From NCBI GenBank assembly GCA_049695635.1, contig JBAVSO010000047.1:1388-65387 (forward strand): DNA of 64,000 bases, written 5' to 3'. Shown in pieces: positions 1-8,660 of the stretch. Both the position numbers and the translations under genes were made by a program. The DNA comes from Candidatus Cybelea sp. (GTDB lineage Bacteria; Vulcanimicrobiota; Vulcanimicrobiia; Vulcanimicrobiales; Vulcanimicrobiaceae). The notes under the pieces were generated by a model. That model saw nothing but the letters and a program-made list of their open reading frames with translations. It ran no database searches and was not told the origin of the DNA. Each line of letters starts with the position of its first letter. The first letter of the stretch is position 1.

Positions 1-2
1 CC

Positions 3-1595
3 AACGACGGCGAGCTCTATCGGCTCAATCTGATCGACACGCCCGGCCACGTCGATTTTTCTTATGAGGTCTCGCGCTCGCTTGCCGCGTGCGAAGGCGC
101 GGTGCTCATCATTGACGCGGCGCAAGGAATTGAGGCGCAGACGCTCGCCAACTATCACCTCGCGTTAGAACACGACCTCACGATCATCCCGGTGATCAAC
201 AAGATCGACCTTCCCGCCGCCGACCCGGCACGCGTAATGGGTGAGATCGAAGAGCTGCTCGTCATGGAGAAGAGCGAGTGCATCCTGGCAAGCGCGAAGA
301 ACGGCGTCGGAATCGAGGAGATCCTCGAAGCGATCGTTCACCGCATCCCGCCCCCGAAGGGGCATCGCGACCGTCTGCGCGCGCTGGTCTTCAACGCACA
401 GTTCGACCAGTATCGCGGTGTGGTGAGCTACGTACGCGTCGTGGACGGCACGCTTTCGCCGGGGATACGGTTCATGTCAATGGCGCACGAGCGGGTGTTC
501 GAGTGTACCGAGGTCGGGATCTTCGCGCCGCAGATGCAACCGACGAAGTCGCTCCAGCTCGGCGACGTCGGGTACGTGATCGCCAACATCAAATCGCTCG
601 GCGAAATTGACGTCGGCGACACGATCACATCGGCAACGGATCCGGCCCACGTAGCTCTGGCGGGTTATCGCAAGGCTGTTCCGATGGTATATTGCGGACT
701 CTATCCGAATGAAGGTGAGTACGACGGACTACGCGATGCGCTCGAAAAGCTTAAGCTCAACGACGCGGCGCTAGTCTACGAGCCCGAAAGCTCGGTCGCG
801 CTCGGCTTCGGTTTTCGCTGCGGCTTCTTAGGCTTGCTGCACATGGAGATCGTGCAGGAGCGGCTCGAGCGCGACTACGGACTCGATCTGATCGCAACGT
901 CGCCGTCGGTCGTTTTTCGCGTCGTGCGTACGGATGGCACGACGCTGACCGTCGACAATCCGTCGAAGCTGCCGGCGCCGAACGTCATTCGTACGATCGA
1001 GGAGCCGTACGTCAAAGCGACGATCATCTCGCCGCCCGAGTACGTGGGAGCGATCATGGAGATCACGCAGAACCGCCGCGGCACGCTTTCAAACATGGAG
1101 TACCTTCACGACGGGCGCGTCATTATGACGTACGAGATGCCGCTGATCGAGGTGATCGTCGACTTCTTTGATGCACTGAAGTCGCGAACCAAAGGCTATG
1201 CTTCGCTCGATTACGAGGTGATCGCATACCACGAGGGTGACCTGGCCAAGCTGGAAATACTGCTCAACAACGAGCCGATCGACGCTCTGTCGTTTATCGT
1301 TGCGCGCGACAAGGCTGTTCAGCGGGGACGCGCGCTGGCCGAAAAGCTCAAAGAGCTCATCCCGCGTCAGCTCTTCGAGGTTCCTATTCAAGCCGCCATC
1401 GGCGGTAAGATCGTGGCCCGCGAGACGGTGACCGCGATGCGCAAAAACGTGCTCTCTAAGTGCTACGGCGGCGATATCACGCGCAAACGCAAGCTGCTCG
1501 AAAAGCAAAAGGTCGGAAAAGAGCGCATGAAGCGCGTCGGCAAGGTCGAACTGCCGCAGGAAGCCTTCATGGCGGTCTTGAGACTGGGAACGTGA
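3..1595 (+). CDS. lepA: Elongation factor 4 (LepA), 5' end cut by window edge
   Basis: The frame stays open back to nt 3. It reads [33 protein letters not shown], the translational GTPase G2/G3 region with DTPGH, and an NKID G4 motif follows. The body is collinear with LepA up to the stop at 1593-1595. Confidence 0.95.
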   Translation, partial: NDGELYRLNLIDTPGHVDFSYEVSRSLAACEGAVLIIDAAQGIEAQTLANYHLALEHDLTIIPVINKIDLPAADPARVMGEIEELLVMEKSECILASAKNGVGIEEILEAIVHRIPPPKGHRDRLRALVFNAQFDQYRGVVSYVRVVDGTLSPGIRFMSMAHERVFECTEVGIFAPQMQPTKSLQLGDVGYVIANIKSLGEIDVGDTITSATDPAHVALAGYRKAVPMVYCGLYPNEGEYDGLRDALEKLKLNDAALVYEPESSVALGFGFRCGFLGLLHMEIVQERLERDYGLDLIATSPSVVFRVVRTDGTTLTVDNPSKLPAPNVIRTIEEPYVKATIISPPEYVGAIMEITQNRRGTLSNMEYLHDGRVIMTYEMPLIEVIVDFFDALKSRTKGYASLDYEVIAYHEGDLAKLEILLNNEPIDALSFIVARDKAVQRGRALAEKLKELIPRQLFEVPIQAAIGGKIVARETVTAMRKNVLSKCYGGDITRKRKLLEKQKVGKERMKRVGKVELPQEAFMAVLRLGT

Positions 1596-2194
1596 AGACG
1601 TACGTCGCCACGACCAACCTCGGCAAGCTTCGCGAGCTCAAGGCGATGTTCGCGCGCTCGCCCTTGCAGATCGTAACGCCCCGCAAGCGGATCGAGCTCG
1701 ACGTGCTTGAGAACGCCGCGAGCTACGCTGGTAACGCTTTGCTGAAGGCAACGGCGCTGGCGGAAGCGTTGCGAGAACGGCATACTGCGGCAGCGGTGCT
1801 GGCGGACGATAGCGGCTTGGAGGTTGATGCACTGGCGGGAAGGCCCGGCATACTTTCGGCGCGCTACGGCGGTCCGCAACTCGATTGGCCCGCCCGTCGA
1901 GCGGCTTTATTGGCTGAGCTTCGCGGCGTGCCGCCGTATCGACGAGGCGCGCGCTTCGTCTGCGCGCTCGTACTGATCGAGCCGGGGCGCGAGCCGGTTA
2001 CCGCGACAGGCGAGGTCCGCGGCTACGTTCTGGAGAGCGCGGCCGGCAGCGGCGGGTTTGGATACGATCCGCTCTTCCTCTATCCGCCTTTTGGGCGCAG
2101 CTTTGCGGTGCTCACCGAAAAGGAGAAGAATGCGGTCAGCCACCGGCACAACGCCGCCGATGCGCTGCTGACCGTGCTGCAAGAGCGTGGTTGA
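1592..2194 (+). CDS. rdgB: Non-canonical purine NTP pyrophosphatase (RdgB/Ham1 family)
   Basis: GTG 1592 overlaps the lepA stop (GTGA). Ham1-type signatures are present: [43 protein letters not shown]. The ORF-track extension 1460-1591 lies inside lepA and is R/K-rich junk. Confidence 0.85.
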   Translation: MKTYVATTNLGKLRELKAMFARSPLQIVTPRKRIELDVLENAASYAGNALLKATALAEALRERHTAAAVLADDSGLEVDALAGRPGILSARYGGPQLDWPARRAALLAELRGVPPYRRGARFVCALVLIEPGREPVTATGEVRGYVLESAAGSGGFGYDPLFLYPPFGRSFAVLTEKEKNAVSHRHNAADALLTVLQERG

Positions 2195-3035
2195 GATTGC
2201 CGGCAGCGCGTCGATCGACGACGTGCGGGCGATCGCCCGACGACGCAAGCTCGACGAAACCGCACTGAGGCTCTCGCTGGAGGCGGCGGACCTCGGCCGT
2301 GCCTGGGTAGCACGCGACCAGAGCGAAATCGTCGGGATTGCGATTGCTCGTGATTCGGAAGATGAGCGCTACATCGGCGATTGTTACGTCGAAGCATCGT
2401 ACCGAGCGCAAGGAATCGGGGGCGGCCTGTTGGCAGCGGCGCTCGATAGTGCGCAAGACCGTGCCCGGACCATGCTCCTCAATTCGACCGATCCGGCCGC
2501 CGCTCGATTGGCATATCGCTTCGGAATGGCGCTGCGCGAGCCGATTCTGCGTTTTGCCGGTGCCATTCCGCGTGAAGAAGAGCTTGCGAAGATGGCCACC
2601 GGAGAGTACCGGTTTGGAGTCGAGCCGATCGACCCCGCCGCGCACGGCTTGGCGTTGAACGAACTCGACCGACAGACACGCGGAACGATCCGCCCTACCG
2701 ATCATGCGTCGTTTGCGCGCGAAGCGTCCGGCAATGCGTTCTCCTTGAACGGTGAATTGGTCGGCTACGCGTACGTCTGGCCGGATGGCTGCGTCGGGCC
2801 GTCGGCGTGCGCGTCGGAAGTTTACTTGGTGCAGATCTTTGCTTACGCGCTGGTAACATTGCAACGCGTCCACGGGGCCTCGTGGTGCACGGCGCTCGTT
2901 CCAGGTTCGAACCGCCGAATCGCAAGAGCGTCGCTACGAGCCGGCTTGAGAATTCAGGATCCGTTTACAATCGCAAGCGACGCTCCGCTCACAGGCCTAT
3001 CGACTTACATCGGGCGCCACCAGCTTCTGTTGTAG
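2187..3035 (+). CDS. GNAT-family acetyltransferase, apparently two GNAT-like halves
   Basis: GTG 2187 overlaps the rdgB stop by 8 nt. The N-terminal half carries an acetyl-CoA loop-like YRAQGIGGGLL (Q/RxxGxG/A). The substrate cannot be called by eye. Confidence 0.6.
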   Translation: MVEIAGSASIDDVRAIARRRKLDETALRLSLEAADLGRAWVARDQSEIVGIAIARDSEDERYIGDCYVEASYRAQGIGGGLLAAALDSAQDRARTMLLNSTDPAAARLAYRFGMALREPILRFAGAIPREEELAKMATGEYRFGVEPIDPAAHGLALNELDRQTRGTIRPTDHASFAREASGNAFSLNGELVGYAYVWPDGCVGPSACASEVYLVQIFAYALVTLQRVHGASWCTALVPGSNRRIARASLRAGLRIQDPFTIASDAPLTGLSTYIGRHQLLL

Positions 3036-3075
3036 CGCTTAGAGCCGTCTCAATGTTAAACTTCTCACACGCGTT

Positions 3076-3153
3076 CGGGGCGTAGCTCAGTTTGGTAGAG
3101 CGCCCGCTTTGGGAGCGGGAGGTCCGCAGGTTCAAATCCTGTCGCCCCGACCA
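3076..3153 (+). tRNA. tRNA-Pro (anticodon TGG), CCA encoded
   Basis: Cloverleaf read by hand. Acceptor cggggcg/cgccccg, D-arm gctc..gagc, anticodon stem cccgc/gcggg with loop tTTGGga, T-loop ggttcaaat. Confidence 0.9.
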
Positions 3154-3158
3154 ATCTT

Positions 3159-3232
<74 letters not shown>

Positions 3233-3251
3233 TGGTACAATACCCCCTCGT

Positions 3252-3329
3252 GGTGACTGTAGCTCAGCTGGTTAGAGCGTCGGTCTGTGGCACCGAAGGT
3301 CGCGGGTTCGACCCCCGTCAGTCACCCCA
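3252..3329 (+). tRNA. tRNA-His (anticodon GTG) with extra 5' G(-1), CCA encoded
   Basis: Sequence g+gtgactg...cagtcac+c+cca. Anticodon stem tcggt/accga with loop cTGTGgc. The G-1 residue is typical of tRNA-His. Confidence 0.9.
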
Positions 3330-3389
3330 CGGTTCGCCGGAGGACTCTATGTAGGTACGCGTACAACTTAAGCCGGCGCATCGACGCGA

Positions 3390-3462
3390 GCGCCTTTAGC
3401 TCAGTCGGTAGAGCAGCGGCCTTTTAAGCCGTTGGTCCCGGGTTCGAGTCCCGGAGGGCGCA
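3390..3462 (+). tRNA. tRNA-Lys (anticodon TTT)
   Basis: Acceptor gcgcctt/agggcgc (one G-U pair), anticodon loop cTTTTaa, T-arm ccggg-ttcgagt-cccgg. Confidence 0.9.
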
Positions 3463-3468
3463 CAGTTC

Positions 3469-3540
3469 GCACCGCTAGCTCAATGGTAGAGCAGGTGACT
3501 CTTAATCACTTGGTTCGGGGTTCGAGTCCCTGGCGGTGCA
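3469..3540 (+). tRNA. tRNA-Lys (anticodon CTT)
   Basis: Acceptor gcaccgc/gcggtgc, anticodon stem ggtga/tcact with loop cTCTTaa, T-loop ggttcgagtcc. Confidence 0.9.
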
Positions 3541-3550
3541 AGTCTCCAAG

Positions 3551-3579
3551 CCCCTGCAAAATAACAACTTTTGCGGGGG
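3551..3579 (+). terminator. Hairpin just after the tRNA cluster (possible terminator)
   Basis: cccctgcaaaa / ttttgcggggg forms an 11-bp stem (one G-U pair) with a 7-nt loop. No clean T-run follows, so the terminator function is uncertain. Confidence 0.3.
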
Positions 3580-3968
3580 CTGTCCATAAAAGCTCGGTGG
3601 TGATGCTGTTTTATGCGCCACCCGGCGACGAAACCTATTATTTATAGGCACTTTGTAGAGGAAATGACTTTGAAGAGGGCGTTCTCAGTCGTCGTCAATG
3701 CGATTCCACGAGAGCGAAAACAGGCCGAGTTCCTGGTGATCTTTCGTGCCTTCCATGCTGGCGAGAGTTACGAGCTTTCCGTTACGAATCGAGGCCGAAA
3801 CGCTTTGTTTGCCAAGCGCAGCGGGGTGATTCCCGAAACGGTGTGCCAAAACGTTTAAGACTGAGCGTGATTTGATCACAAGATGCGACGTCCCGTAAAC
3901 GGACGGTTTAGGGACTGAGCGAGGTCGCTGAAGCATCACAGTTGAATGCTAAGAGCCGGGAGGTGTCT

Positions 3969-4454
3969 ATGATGTTTTGTAGCCCTCAACGCCTCGCGAC
4001 CGCGGTGCTTGTTGGAGCGATCGCGCTTGCGTCATGCTCCGCGCAGACTGGTTCCATGTTGCCGTCTTCGCAATCCGCGACGACGCTGAGCCCCAACGGT
4101 GTTCATGTGGCAACGTATCCCTACATCGCCGGCACTTACGTTGGAACGTGGAAGCAGACCGCTGGAGGGTCGGAGTCGGGCCTGATAACGATCAAGGTGG
4201 GACAGTATATTAGCTACCTGTGGGGTCCGATCAGGCTAAAGTACCCAACGCACAAAGCCCACCTGGGATTTACGGGCTTCCTGACCGGGAGTGGGAAGCA
4301 CTTAAGCATCAAGATGCGGATTAGCGGGAGGCACACCCACGGCACGGGCCATGCTACCGTTCATGGTTCGAAGCTCTCGGGGACTATCGTCCTTCCGGCG
4401 CACGGCACCGTGCCCAAGATTATCATCGCCTTCACGACGGTGAAGAAGGGTTAG
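3969..4454 (+). CDS. Hypothetical lipoprotein
   Basis: ATG 3969 lies 5 nt after GGGAGG (3958-3963). The signal peptide ends in the lipobox LASC. No recognisable domain. Confidence 0.6.
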   Translation: MMFCSPQRLATAVLVGAIALASCSAQTGSMLPSSQSATTLSPNGVHVATYPYIAGTYVGTWKQTAGGSESGLITIKVGQYISYLWGPIRLKYPTHKAHLGFTGFLTGSGKHLSIKMRISGRHTHGTGHATVHGSKLSGTIVLPAHGTVPKIIIAFTTVKKG

Positions 4455-4619
4455 GCGGCATCGGCGCGACTTTACGGGAACGAAATGGCTTGATGACAAC
4501 GTAAGCGCCGATCCGTCCCTCAACCGACCGGTTTTGCGATGGGCGAAGGGGCACACCTCAAATGGGCGATGAGGGACGCGACCCAGGTCAAGCGAATGTT
4601 AGCGGAGGAGGTAGGGACG

Positions 4620-5282
4620 ATGTGCGCTCGCCGCTCGATCGCTGCCGTGACCGCTGCTATTGCTCTTGCGACCTTAACGTCGGTTTCGGCCGCTCCGAAC
4701 CTTGTCGAGTCCGGTTCTTTCGCAGGTTGTCCCGCGCACGGTTCCGGCGGTGACCCGCAAGTCAACGCACTCAAGAACCGCAGCACTGCGCCGGCGTCTA
4801 CCATTCCGATCACCGTTGCCGGCATGAAGCAGCTGCCGATTCTGCCGGCTGCCACGCCAACGATGCGCGCGAACTGGTCGGCGTCTTCGCGAGCCACGAT
4901 TGAGCCGCATGAGGGCCAAGGCGTTGTGTTCACCGGTTACATCCTGCAGGTGGCGCGCGAAACGGGCGAGCCGAGCAATTGCGGATCGACGCTGCCGCGC
5001 GATGAAGACGTCGAGCTCTTTTTGGCCCAGCGACCCGGCGTAACCGACGGCCAGCAAATTATTCTTGGCGAAATAACGCCTCGCTGGCGCGCCGCCTATA
5101 CATCCTGGCGACCGGTGAATCTGCGCGGCGTGGCGGGGGGCCGTCGCATCCGCATTACTGGCTGGTTACTCTATGATCAAGAGTCGTTCGGCGAAACCCA
5201 CGGCGGCACCGCGACGCCTTGGGAAATCGAACCGATTACGAACGTAGAGGTGTTGCGAAACGGTAGCTGGGTGAACCTCTAG
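4620..5282 (+). CDS. Hypothetical secreted protein
   Basis: ATG 4620 is preceded by GGAGGAGG (4604-4611). Signal peptide MCARRSIAAVTAAIALATLTSVSA. The rest has protein-like composition but the family is not recognised. Confidence 0.6.
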   Translation: MCARRSIAAVTAAIALATLTSVSAAPNLVESGSFAGCPAHGSGGDPQVNALKNRSTAPASTIPITVAGMKQLPILPAATPTMRANWSASSRATIEPHEGQGVVFTGYILQVARETGEPSNCGSTLPRDEDVELFLAQRPGVTDGQQIILGEITPRWRAAYTSWRPVNLRGVAGGRRIRITGWLLYDQESFGETHGGTATPWEIEPITNVEVLRNGSWVNL

Positions 5283-5481
5283 CGTCGATGGGGCATCAAC
5301 GACCATGATAGACGCGCGAAGCAGGTCGTCCAGGTGCTCGGGAAACTTACCGACGACGAGCCGCGGGTGCTCATTGCCGGCGGTACGAGCAACGCGAAAC
5401 CGGCGCTCGTCGACGTTACCGATAACAGGGTGTTATCGCCGCCACCAGCCTCGCCGGCATGAATCGCAGGCGGCCAAACCG

Positions 5482-5583
5482 CTACCGGTGGCGGGTTGCC
5501 CAGAAAAGAGAGACCAGAACTACAAGCAAAACGGTCGCGCAGACTATTCCAGTTGCGACGACTATCGCAGTCGGCAAGCTCAA
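5482..5583 (-). CDS. Candidate 33-aa single-TM peptide (below the ORF-track cutoff)
   Basis: TTG 5583 lies 7 nt after GGGAGGG (reverse complement of 5591-5597). Translation: (M)SLPTAIVVATGIVCATVLLVVLVSLFWATRHR. Support is only the Shine-Dalgarno site plus hydrophobic coding potential. Confidence 0.25.
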   Translation of the reverse strand: MSLPTAIVVATGIVCATVLLVVLVSLFWATRHR

Positions 5584-5760
5584 TTGAGGACCCTCCCTTT
5601 CCGCCTACCTTCCGTACGGATCGTCGGTCGTTTAGGTTTCGCTCACGCTCGACGCTAGATTTATCAAGCGCCACAGGCTAACTGTTTCAATATCGTTACG
5701 AATATTAACGCTCCCAGACCCTGCTGCTAAGGGCTGATTCAAACCGTCTGAATGATTGAA

Positions 5761-5806
5761 GAACTCGCGGATGCCGAACACGGAGAGTTCGCGGCCGCTT
5801 TTTTTT
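5761..5806 (+). terminator. Candidate intrinsic terminator (GC palindrome plus T8)
   Basis: A gaactc/gagttc stem and the GCGGCCGC palindrome are followed directly by eight T (5799-5806). It sits about 500 nt downstream of the nearest + strand gene. Confidence 0.35.
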
Positions 5807-5860
5807 ACTAGGTTCCCTCCGCCATCCGGGCCCGCCGCAGCGAGCCCGTTCGCAGCAGCT

Positions 5861-6310
5861 TCAGCAGCCGTTCTTCATGCCGAACGCCAATGCACCGAAG
5901 TCGAAGTTTGACCCACCTTCGATATTTTCGAAGATCCCCTGGCCGATGTTGCCCCGGTGAGCGTCAGCGGTGAACGTCAAGGCGCCGTTCTGACCATAGA
6001 GTGGTTCCGAGATAGTCGCCATAAGAATGCCCTTGATGACTACGAATGAGCCGAAAGGAAATCTCTGGCTGCCCATCACAAGCGACGCCGCGCCCTCGTT
6101 CCTGCCATTTTCGGCCAGCGTCAGGCAGTACGTACCGTTGCTGCGTTGCGAGTGGGTTACGGTCACCGGCCAGCTGCCGCTGTAACTTTGCGAGGCCGGG
6201 GCAATCATATTTGTGGCACCGCCGTTGATGTGCGCCATGGCGGCACCGGACGAGGTAACGATCGCCGCGGTTGCAGCGGCGGCGATCAGAATCTGTTGCG
6301 ACAAACGCAT
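5861..6310 (-). CDS. Hypothetical secreted protein
   Basis: ATG 6310 is preceded by AGGAGA. Signal peptide MRLSQQILIAAAATAAIVTSSGAAMA. Family not recognised. Confidence 0.6.
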   Translation of the reverse strand: MRLSQQILIAAAATAAIVTSSGAAMAHINGGATNMIAPASQSYSGSWPVTVTHSQRSNGTYCLTLAENGRNEGAASLVMGSQRFPFGSFVVIKGILMATISEPLYGQNGALTFTADAHRGNIGQGIFENIEGGSNFDFGALAFGMKNGC

Positions 6311-6429
6311 GAGTGGTTCTCCTGTCGGGTCCAAGAGGAACAATGCCGCAGAGTCTATACTAGGCGGATGAAAAAAGTCTGAAGCAAAACAGCGTGGCGT
6401 GAAGGAGGCCTGGCGGCGTTGTGGATGCG

Positions 6430-6750
6430 CTAGTTAAGGTGCGGAGCGTCGGACAAATGCTCGTGTCCGCACTCATGGCAGACTTCGATCGCGCTAACGG
6501 TCTTCGCCTCAAGCTTCGCTTGCTTTTCGAGTAGAACGTCACGGTTTTCCCAAGAGGGGTTATCGTCGACGGCCTTCTCGGCTAGTGCTTTTTCTTCGGC
6601 CGCTTGACGCAGGTCGTATATGGCATCGATCTTGCTCTTCGAATCGCCCACTCTCATCGCCCTTTCTATCGGCGGTCCTAGCAACTGCCGGAAAGCCGTG
6701 GCTTTTTCCTTCACAAAGGCGCGAAGGGAACGAGGCCGCGCGTCTTTCAT
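6430..6750 (-). CDS. Hypothetical protein, helical, with C-terminal CHECGHEH motif
   Basis: 106-aa ORF with charged helical composition and a Cys/His cluster at the C-terminus. No family recognised. Confidence 0.45.
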   Translation of the reverse strand: MKDARPRSLRAFVKEKATAFRQLLGPPIERAMRVGDSKSKIDAIYDLRQAAEEKALAEKAVDDNPSWENRDVLLEKQAKLEAKTVSAIEVCHECGHEHLSDAPHLN

Positions 6751-7190
6751 GGCGCGACGTCGTGGTACTCCGGGCCGTCGGCGGAAGGTTTATTAAGTTG
6801 ACCGAGCGCTACCGCGTCGTTTATCAGACGTTGCGGCAGCCGCCGGAGATGTCAGTCTCTAAAGCCACTTCGGCGTAGGCTCGGAGGCGCCTATCCAACA
6901 GACTATCCGCGTTCACGCCGTTCGGTAGATCAAATGCAAAACGCTGCGTAACGTCTATTTGACGGCTGCGAGCGAAGATTTCTGCCCCAGAGCGCGAGAG
7001 ACGGGATAGTCAGGGCACTTGTCGGAAGGCCCTGCTAGCGTGAAGACGCGTACCGAGACCCCAGCCGGCACCGCGATCCGAGCCCCTTCGCAGCGAGCAC
7101 GTCGACTCGGGCGTTTGTCTTCACATCAACGGCGGCCCACCACAACGCACACGTTACGAACATCACTTTTTCCTGCAGCGAGGAGTAAGG

Positions 7191-8645
7191 ATGAAGTTCG
7201 GTATTCACCTGGCGGCCTTTCTTATTTGCGCTACTGTCGTCGTCGGACGCGCCGTCGCAGACTCGGCGATCGACGTGCATCCTTCCCGGGTGCTAGCGCC
7301 GGTCAATGCCGGCGTCATGGGCGCCGGCTCAGACAACTGGTTCAACGATACGCTATCGGGATTGTATCAGTCGTTTTTGAGCTCCGGAATCACCCAGACG
7401 CGTTACCCGGGCGGCTCCCAGGCCGATATCTACCATTGGGAAACCGGAACGGACGGACCGGGCGCGTGCGCCGGCAACGCCAATCCGAAATCGAACTTCG
7501 ACAACTTTATGCAAGACGTCGCGCTACCGGCAGACCTCGCCGTCGCAATTACCGTGAACTATGGCTCAAACTTGGAATGCACCGGAGGCGGCGATCCTTC
7601 GGAGGCAGCCTCTTGGGTTGCCTACGCGAACGCAACGAGGTACTACGCCATCCAATGGTGGACCGTGGGCAACGAGCAGTATACGAAGGGGTCGGTCGAC
7701 CTTTACTCTGAGCACCGCGATCCCGCGCAGTACGCAGCGAACGAGCAGGCATTTTATAATGCGATGCACGCTGCCTCGCCAACGCCGATCAACGTCTGCG
7801 TCGACGGTGACCCGCAAAACACGCACAACCATTGGGACGAAGTGGTTTTTTCTCAAGCACGCTACGATTGCGTCGAACTCCACTATTACCCGCAGCACGG
7901 GCGAGTGGACGACGAGTTTCTCGTCGACCAAGCCGGTCCCGCGATTACGACGTTCGTCAATGCGGCGAAGACGCAGCTTGCAGCGGCCGGTCATCCAAAC
8001 GCGCCGATCTATCTCGGCGAGATCGGCTCGACGACCGGCCCTTGCGGCAAGCAGTGTCAGTCAATCACGCAGGCACTCTACGCCGGTCAGGTCATCGGCG
8101 AACTCCTCAACGATAACGTCGCTCGCGCGACCTGGCATCTTGCCTTCACGGGCTGCAATCCTCGGGGCGCGGGGGGCGACTTCCGCAAGTCGTTGTACGG
8201 CTGGCAGGACTACGGCGGCGCTGAGATTTTTTCGGATGACAACCCTGGCGGCTGCAAAGGCGATTCGGCCCCGCTCGGGACGCTGGTAGCGACGGCGAAT
8301 GCTTTTCAGGTTGCATCGTACTTCGTCCGGGCCGGCGAGAGCATGGTGGGCGTTTCAGTGGACGGCTCGTCGAACGTCCGCGCCTACGCCTCGACCTATC
8401 TCGGCGGCTATGCGCTCCTGATCTTCAACCTCGACGAGACGAACGCGGTGGACGCGACGATCTCGATCGATGGACAGGCGTACGGACCGGGGGGCACGGT
8501 CGCGACTTATGACAAGAAGCTTTACGACTATTCGCGGCAGGGCGTCTGGAGCGCGCCCCTGGTGACGTCGCTTCCAGGATGGAGTGGGAGTCTGGCGGTT
8601 AGGCTTCCGGCATGGAGCATGACGGCGGTTCAGGTGACGCCCTAG
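7191..8645 (+). CDS. Secreted glycoside hydrolase, clan GH-A (TIM-barrel) type; family not assignable by eye
   Basis: AGGAG precedes ATG 7191 and a signal peptide is present. It contains RYPGGSQADIYHW and WWTVGNEQY (an NE acid/base-type motif as in GH30/39/51/79) and LGEIGS. The C-terminal region is beta-rich. Confidence 0.6.
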   Translation: MKFGIHLAAFLICATVVVGRAVADSAIDVHPSRVLAPVNAGVMGAGSDNWFNDTLSGLYQSFLSSGITQTRYPGGSQADIYHWETGTDGPGACAGNANPKSNFDNFMQDVALPADLAVAITVNYGSNLECTGGGDPSEAASWVAYANATRYYAIQWWTVGNEQYTKGSVDLYSEHRDPAQYAANEQAFYNAMHAASPTPINVCVDGDPQNTHNHWDEVVFSQARYDCVELHYYPQHGRVDDEFLVDQAGPAITTFVNAAKTQLAAAGHPNAPIYLGEIGSTTGPCGKQCQSITQALYAGQVIGELLNDNVARATWHLAFTGCNPRGAGGDFRKSLYGWQDYGGAEIFSDDNPGGCKGDSAPLGTLVATANAFQVASYFVRAGESMVGVSVDGSSNVRAYASTYLGGYALLIFNLDETNAVDATISIDGQAYGPGGTVATYDKKLYDYSRQGVWSAPLVTSLPGWSGSLAVRLPAWSMTAVQVTP

Positions 8646-8660
8646 ACATCCGGCAAACTC

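Noticed and set aside
3664-3858. 64-aa ORF (MTLKRAFSVVVNAIPRERKQAEF...) just after the tRNA cluster
   Set aside because: The Shine-Dalgarno spacing is too short (GAGG 2-3 nt from the ATG), there is no recognisable family, and a competing antisense ORF of similar length exists. The evidence is insufficient to call a gene.
6880-7010. Minus-strand reading frame giving ..EIFARSRQIDVTQRFAFDLPNGVNADSLLDRRLRAYAEVALE.. (possible gene remnant)
   Set aside because: It looks protein-like, but it has no start codon except a GTG that leaves only 32 aa, and an in-frame TGA lies just upstream. It could be a decayed pseudogene, but I cannot name a family.
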